DNA of 64,000 nt from Oikopleura dioica (taxonomy: Eukaryota > Animalia > Chordata): positions 310,001-374,000 of the forward strand of contig OU015566.1 of the NCBI GenBank assembly GCA_907165135.1, read 5' to 3'. The position numbers and the translations under genes were made by a program. The notes beneath the pieces were generated by a model, which did no database searches, was not told the DNA's origin, and worked only from the letters and a program-made list of their open reading frames with translations. Below are positions 58,117 to 64,000 of the stretch, piece after piece (the stretch's first letter is position 1; each line of letters starts with the position of its first letter).

Positions 58117-58628
58117 CTGAAAAACCCCAGGATAATTTAATCAAGAATTTTTCTTTGGCCTGCCAATACGTTTATACTTTTTTTTACGGAGAAGAATGTC
58201 GAATCTGTTTTATTTGTAAGCGAATAGAAAAATTAACCCGTATTAACTTTTATAAAGGAATTTTGGCGAGAGAGAGCTCATCATCAAGTCATCTCGTCGA
58301 AAATTCAGATTTTGCGTCATTTTTGAACGCGATTTATTCGATGAAAGAATTTCTGATTTTTAGAAGTGAGATGACGAATAGAAACCTCTATCGTTGTTCT
58401 CGGGCTAGATTCAACAAAGTCGCCCGAAACCAAGATCGGATCGGATCGGGTTTTAAAGATGTCATGAAAAATCGGATCGGGTTTTGTTGGATATTCTCGG
58501 GTTTTGTCGGATCGGAATTCGGGTTTTTATCGGGTTTTTTGTCGGATTTTCGTCGGCTTTCCTACAAGCAAAAATTTAAAAAAATCAAGTCATGAGAAGG
58601 TTAAAAACTTGTTTTTGTTAATTTCCCA

Positions 58629-59026
58629 GGTGATATGCGGTCAATAGGAGACTTTGTCTCCTAGCTCACACTTTTTCAAAGTGCGGTCACTGGGAGACTT
58701 TTTTCTCCCAGCTCAATTCTTACGCAAACTGCGGTAAATAGGAGACTCTAGAATTTTGGCTAGCGTTTAGGGTTAGGGGCTGGGGGCTCTTAACGGGGGG
58801 TTCGGGGGGCGAAGCCCCCTGATTTAGGCCTTAGGTGGGGGGTCCCGGGGGGCGCAGCCCCCTGGGTTAGGTGTAGGGTTAGGGGCAGCTTTAATGATAA
58901 GCCCTCAAAAGTCTCCCAGTTCGACAATTCTAGACTGTGGTCACTGGGAGAAAAAAAAGTCTCCTAGCTCGCATTTTGACGAAATGTGGTAAATAGGAGA
59001 AAGTCTCCTATTGACCGCCTACAACC
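58629..59026. mobile_element. MULE-like MITE with G-rich core
   Basis: TIRs GGTGATATGCGGTCAATAGGAGACT / AGTCTCCTATTGACCGCCTACAACC; perfect 9-bp TSD AATTTCCCA. Confidence 0.85.
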
Positions 59027-59662
59027 AATTTCCCATTGTGCCTCCCCTTATACATAAAAATGCCTAGTCTTTTTATTTGAGTTCCTGTTTGGGGGGATAG
59101 ACCTCGCCGAAGTCACATGACCTCAAATATCCCGTTCGGTCGAAAATAGTGGGAGTCAACTTTAAAGGACATCTGTTCTGCGAAAGCCGTCAAGGCTTGA
59201 AGTTCAAGCACAGGCGTTCACTGAAAATCTGCCCTCGAGATTGGATCGCCGATTGCCAGGGACCTCGCCGGGTTTCATTCTCTCAATAGCAAGAAGATTA
59301 TCTTTGGTAAGGTTGATGTGCAAGTCGTCTAGAGCTCGTTCTCTGCTTTTTTTCGGTTTTGGAGGCAGTTCTCATCTACTTCGAGTGCATTTTGAGTAAG
59401 AAAAGGCAACTGAGGCTTTTTAGACCGTCTGTGATTGGCCGAAAAGGCAAGAAAAACCCGACGAAATTCCGAAAAAATCCGAGAAAAACCCGATCCTACG
59501 TCGGGTTTTGAAATTTTCAGGATCGGGTTTTGTAGGATAAAAAAAAAATAAATTTTGCTATCTAGTGAGAGTTTTCGGCTATCTTGGTCAAAAAAATCTC
59601 GATTCTCGACCACCACCCCCTTAAACGCGAGAGAAAATTGGTGTTAAGCGCTTTCTTTGCTG

Positions 59663-60853
59663 TCAAATTAACAAAACTCCACTCAGTGCTTTGATTTGTT
59701 CATTTGATTGCACATTGCAAAAATTAGATAGTGAATAGGCACATTTGAAGTTATTGAAGGAAAAAGTCGCACTTATTGATTTTACCAAACTTGGTGTCGT
59801 ACCTTAAGGAACCTTGGCGAGCTGGCTTAGGCGCGACTTCGCGAGCGTTTCATTCATTTTTGACTTCACTTATTTCGAAAATTCTTTCTGCAAACATGAT
59901 CTTCAGACACTCCTTTTTCTATTACTGCTTTTTTTTCTTTATCATTTATTATTCAGGCGCATTATTCATTTTTCAAGATATGAAATTAAAATACCTTCCA
60001 CCGAAAAGCCCAGAATACTCTGTTCAAAACTTCGCTTTTGGGGTAATGACCACAATTATCTGTCAAGTCTTGACAGTCAAGATCAAGGTGACCATTTCCA
60101 GAGTGGGTCGGTACCACAGCGAGCATTCGCGCTTCGTGAGACATTATTCTGGCTTGGTTGCGCGCGTTTCCCGCAAAGCGCGCGCTAATAATTTCGGATT
60201 ACTGATTCTAACCACGTTATCAATCATTTTCATAAAACAAAATAAGCAAAGTTTTTTAGAAAATTGTCAGGCTTTTACGGTGAACGTGATTTTAATTTCA
60301 TATCTTGAAAAATGTAAATGCTTAATGCTTTGAGTTAACTTTCTCTTCTCGACTACAGCGCCCGAATTAAAAGGGATGGGGGAAAACTAAAAACAGAAAA
60401 AGAAAGATTCAGCCGAGTGCATTTGCGCGAGAGAGCCGCCTAAGCTATGAATTTATGAGAAAAAATTCTATTGATATTTTGACCACAATTTTAATTAAGA
60501 AAAATCCGATCTTGTTCTTCTCCCCTTAATAAAAATTTCAACTTGAAATTAATCATACCTGGCATTTAAAACAGCTTGTACCAGGGTCCAATTCTTTAAG
60601 GGCCAAAATCTCGCCATATTGGGGATGAATACCATCGACTTCCTTGTTTCCGATATTGCAGCAACTCATACCACAGAAAATATATGAAAGGACCCATTTT
60701 CCAATGTTTATAGGTGGCGTTTTTATGTCCATTATATGTTGATTTTCGCTGAATTTAGTTTTTCTTTTTATTTGTGAGCATCAAAATATAACCTGTTATA
60801 GATTGCAGCATCACCTGGAGAATTCCATTCGACAACAGCTGTGAATTGGGTTT
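59663..60853 (-). CDS. Divergent scramblase-like protein A (partial model)
   Basis: Exons 60853-60793 and 60748-60559 join through a 44-nt GT-AG intron: ETQFTAVVEWNSPGDAAIYNSENQHIMDIKTPP...FCGMSCCNIGNKEVDGIHPQYGEILALKELDPGTSCFKCQ (compare PLSCR IIDNMGQEVITLERP...CCC...GVPIG). A probable last exon ends ...EQIKALSGVLLI* at 59663. Intermediate and 5' exons are unresolved. Confidence 0.45.
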
Positions 60854-60972
60854 CTATGAGTAATTAAATTTCAGAAAAAAAACGCATTTTTACGCTTGAA
60901 ATAAGGCTCGCTTGAGAAAACAAAAAAAGCCCTGACTGACAAGATTAAAAATTATAATTTAAGTTTTCTTAA

Positions 60973-61652
60973 GGGTACGGGTGTCGGCTTTCTATCGTCC
61001 GTAATAATATAATGTGGATAAAAACAGAGTATTTTATCGAACTCTACAGAAAATTTAAGCTCGAGTCATAATTAATTGTCAGCTGCTATCATTGTTATTT
61101 TACGAGTTATGCGTTCGTAAAAAATTACCGAAAAAAATTTTTCGGCTCAGATTTTTTTCATCCGGGGCTTTTTAGAAAGCTTAGAAAATGAGGATCATCA
61201 TGATATTCTCGGTTTTACATGAATCTGTCCAAAAACATTTTTAGAGCCGAAAATGTGTCGCTCAGTTTCAAAAAATGCTAATTTTCGGTGCAATAACAAG
61301 GATACTTTTTTTGAAAAAATTAAATTCCATACGAAATGTAATTCAATCTCAAAAATCTCTTGACAAAATTAAGATAAGAGTCTGAATTTTTACATAAAAA
61401 TATAAAAAAGGTATGTTTACAAGCTCATTTCTTCGGAATTGAAGCCTCTTTTAGGCCCATTTTCACCATTTAAGGTCGAGATCACGACTTCGAGCCAATT
61501 TTTAAAACAAAAAATCTTTATAAATCCAAATTTCCTCTTGACAAAATGTAAAACTAGGATGGATCTTTGCACTAATGTAGGCGAATTTTTTCCACCGCCT
61601 CTATATCACGAGGAATTGAGCCCTAGTTAGAGCCTCGCCGACACCCGTACCC
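60973..61652. mobile_element. Kolobok-like MITE
   Basis: TTAA|GGGTACGGGTGTCGGC ... GCCGACACCCGTACCC|TTAA. Confidence 0.85.
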
Positions 61653-64000
61653 TTAAGTTTTAAAGTTTTATAATTTAAAACAAGATAGACCTAGATCTAC
61701 AAACTTAAGTACAGGCGTTTTATTTTCTATACTAATAAAAAAAATAATAATTTGAGCTTTTTTGAGCTCAAAAGATTATGCTTAACCCCTGCCCGCATAT
61801 CGACCTACGCGTAGGTAAATTGATTTTCAAACGCAATTATCTCGCGTCTGGTAAATATTTTCTGAAAAGCTGACCCCAACTTATGGTACAACTTTTTAAT
61901 GGGGAATCAGGATCTGAGGTCAAACTAAATTTTTCTCAAAAATTTAAGATTTTGGCAATTGAGCGAATTGATCTCTGCTCAACCTGACAAAATCCAACTT
62001 TAATTCAACTGGCCTTGGCATGATTTTTCCATCAATTTTATGCTAAGTAAATAAAAAAGTCCGTAATTCTTAATTTTTACTGTATTTATGACTCTGTGAA
62101 AATATTTTAGTTGATATGGACGAGATTTGGAGCTCTCAAGACTGTTTCTTTTATCAAAAAATGAGCACTTATGAAAAAACGACATTTGTTGACATTTGAC
62201 ATTTGATATTTGAAATTTGATTTTGTCCAGAAGATAGCTCAGTCTTTAATCTTTCCATCCGTGTCTTTTAAAAATTTTATCACGACCGAAAGACCCTAAA
62301 AAGGCACGACCTACGCGTAGGTCGATATGCGGGCATCGTTTTTTGACCTGTAGAATCCATTTCCAGGGTCAAAATTATGAAATTACGAAAATAGATTTTT
62401 CGAAAATTGTTGACGGGGGTCCTTAAATTCAAACAACTTATTAAAATCTGACAAAAATTAAAACTCATAATCGGTTTTTCTTCGACGCTAATAAGTCACT
62501 ACCTGGTGCTAGATATGAGAATATATGGCTCATTCTGATGAATTCTTTAACTAAATGTAAATGCGAAAAAACATACACGATAACGACATGTTCTAGAAAG
62601 AACATTCTGTTTATAAATCATCTGTGCTTACTTAATAAAATCATCGGATTTGTTATGATTTTTTTGACATTTTTTAACTTCGTTTTCTATGAGAATGTCG
62701 AGAGATATCTTTGACTTCAGCTAGAAATGTCCTTTATGATCAGGGCCGACGCGTAAAAAATCAACCCCAAGAAAGCATCAACGAAGAGAGCTGAAACTTC
62801 GGGAAGTAATGTAGTTCGACCAAACTAAAAGAATTGCTATAAGAAGGCACCAGAAAACACCGCTCTATTAAACCGATACAAGAATCTTCATTACTACCAA
62901 GGCTTAAATACTTCCTACTACGTACTGCAACGACTAAAGAAAATTTTGTATGAAGAAATCAGTTGACCTTCAGTTCTCTGTAGTAATAGCTAGTTAACTA
63001 CTATCTACTACCAGTAAAATAACTTGAAATTGAAATTTTACAAATCAAACTAGATTCGCTGTATTCAAATTAACATTTTTAAACATAGAGAAGAGACGAA
63101 AATACTGCTTAAAAAATTCGGACGTCTCTTTATCATAAATAATAGCAAATAAGGCTAGTTTTCAAAAATTAATTAATCCCTTGAACCGGATGATAAAAGA
63201 GAATACCTTCATTACAACAAATTTCTGAGAACGCTTCTATCTACAATTTCTGCCACTCGATATGCAAAAGGAAGTAATTTACTATATTACTACATTGCTA
63301 TCCGACTCCATCTCTAATTCTGCTGGAGCTGATGGTTAGCTCTGCTCCCCTTATGCAGTAGAATATTCAGTTTTCCGTTGACGTTTATTAATATTCGCTT
63401 TATGCTTTAAATCTGGCCTTTGCATTAAAGCTTATTTCTGTGCTTAATAAGTCGAATCAAGAAGCATTCGGAAAAAAATATCAAACACGCTTAGCTTCAG
63501 AATATTTTCCTGTTTTTAATTTTAATTTCTAGAAAAATTTTTGCTTGTATTTAACCCAACGAGTCAAAGTCGACATTTTTATCGAAATCCGGTTTTAATC
63601 AGCTGCCCTAATTAGCCAAATCACCACAACAAGCCAAAAATTGTAATGTGTGTTTGCATACGCCTTAGGCACCATGTGACCAAAAATTGAGGTGATAAGT
63701 ACAATTGTATTAACCTGGTGCTCTGTACCTGTTTATTTCCGCTCAGCTCGAACAAAATCAGAACGTGATCACTGCAAAAAAACAAATTTCCGATTATTTG
63801 AGGAGTTTTACCGGAAAAAAACAATATATTGGTTTTCGAATGTGGAGAATTCTAACTAGGATGTTAAAACCAATCATGAGTGAATTTTACTTTGAAATAA
63901 AATGAGCTATTGATATGCAAGAGAAAAACAATTAACACCATCAAAAAGTGCTTATTTTAATAAATGTTAGAACAAAGTTTCAGGAGAGTATGAGAGCATT

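Noticed and set aside
59776-60333. 185-aa plus-strand ORF
   Set aside because: It overlaps MITE sequence (inverted TTTTCAAGATATGAAATTAAAA at ~59970 and ~60310, and a tract homologous to ~46500-46600). It has no recognisable motif and lies antisense to scramblase-like gene A.
62830-62965. Short plus-strand ORF (LLNRYKNLHYYQGLNTSYY...) resembling a retroelement ORF end
   Set aside because: Only ~40 codons, preceded by a stop, with no RT or GIY-YIG motif and no adjacent hammerhead; not enough support.
63600-63790. Possible upstream exons of scramblase-like gene A (...QFLACCG|gtgatt)
   Set aside because: One phase-1 donor fits the 60853 exon, but the preceding exon cannot be phased consistently; too speculative to annotate.
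1-64000. Autonomous transposase, reverse transcriptase, tRNA, rRNA or SL RNA genes
   Set aside because: No DDE, RT or integrase motifs, cloverleaf or rRNA-like sequence were seen by eye. Small RNAs could be missed without covariance-model searches.

Overview
AT-rich eukaryotic (animal) genomic DNA, not prokaryotic. Short 37-60 nt introns together with GA-AG and GC-AG splice donors suggest an appendicularian tunicate (Oikopleuridae-like); this is an inference, not an identification. Spliced genes reconstructed by hand: the 3' end of an acid-lipase-family gene (+); a type II membrane protein with a Gly-Pro-Tyr stalk and a CUB-like domain (+); a phospholipid scramblase (+); a PLAC8/cornifelin-family gene (-); and two very divergent scramblase-like genes (-, lower confidence). 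Most notable are three paralogues of a family I cannot recognise (one on -, two on +). They share a five-exon structure, an identical 55-nt exon 4, Cys-rich motifs and a C-terminal transmembrane anchor. Introns and intergenic DNA are packed with non-autonomous TIR elements (hAT-, MULE-, Kolobok- and piggyBac-like, and a GGG-terminus class with 8-bp TSDs), often nested several deep. I found no transposase ORF. Also present are five Penelope-type minimal hammerhead ribozyme motifs from three sequence families, an LTR-like segment carrying an array of CTCF-like and ETS motifs, and a perfect 235-bp-arm inverted duplication. Most entries in the supplied ORF track are spurious MITE-derived ORFs. All gene models are manual and lack transcript support.
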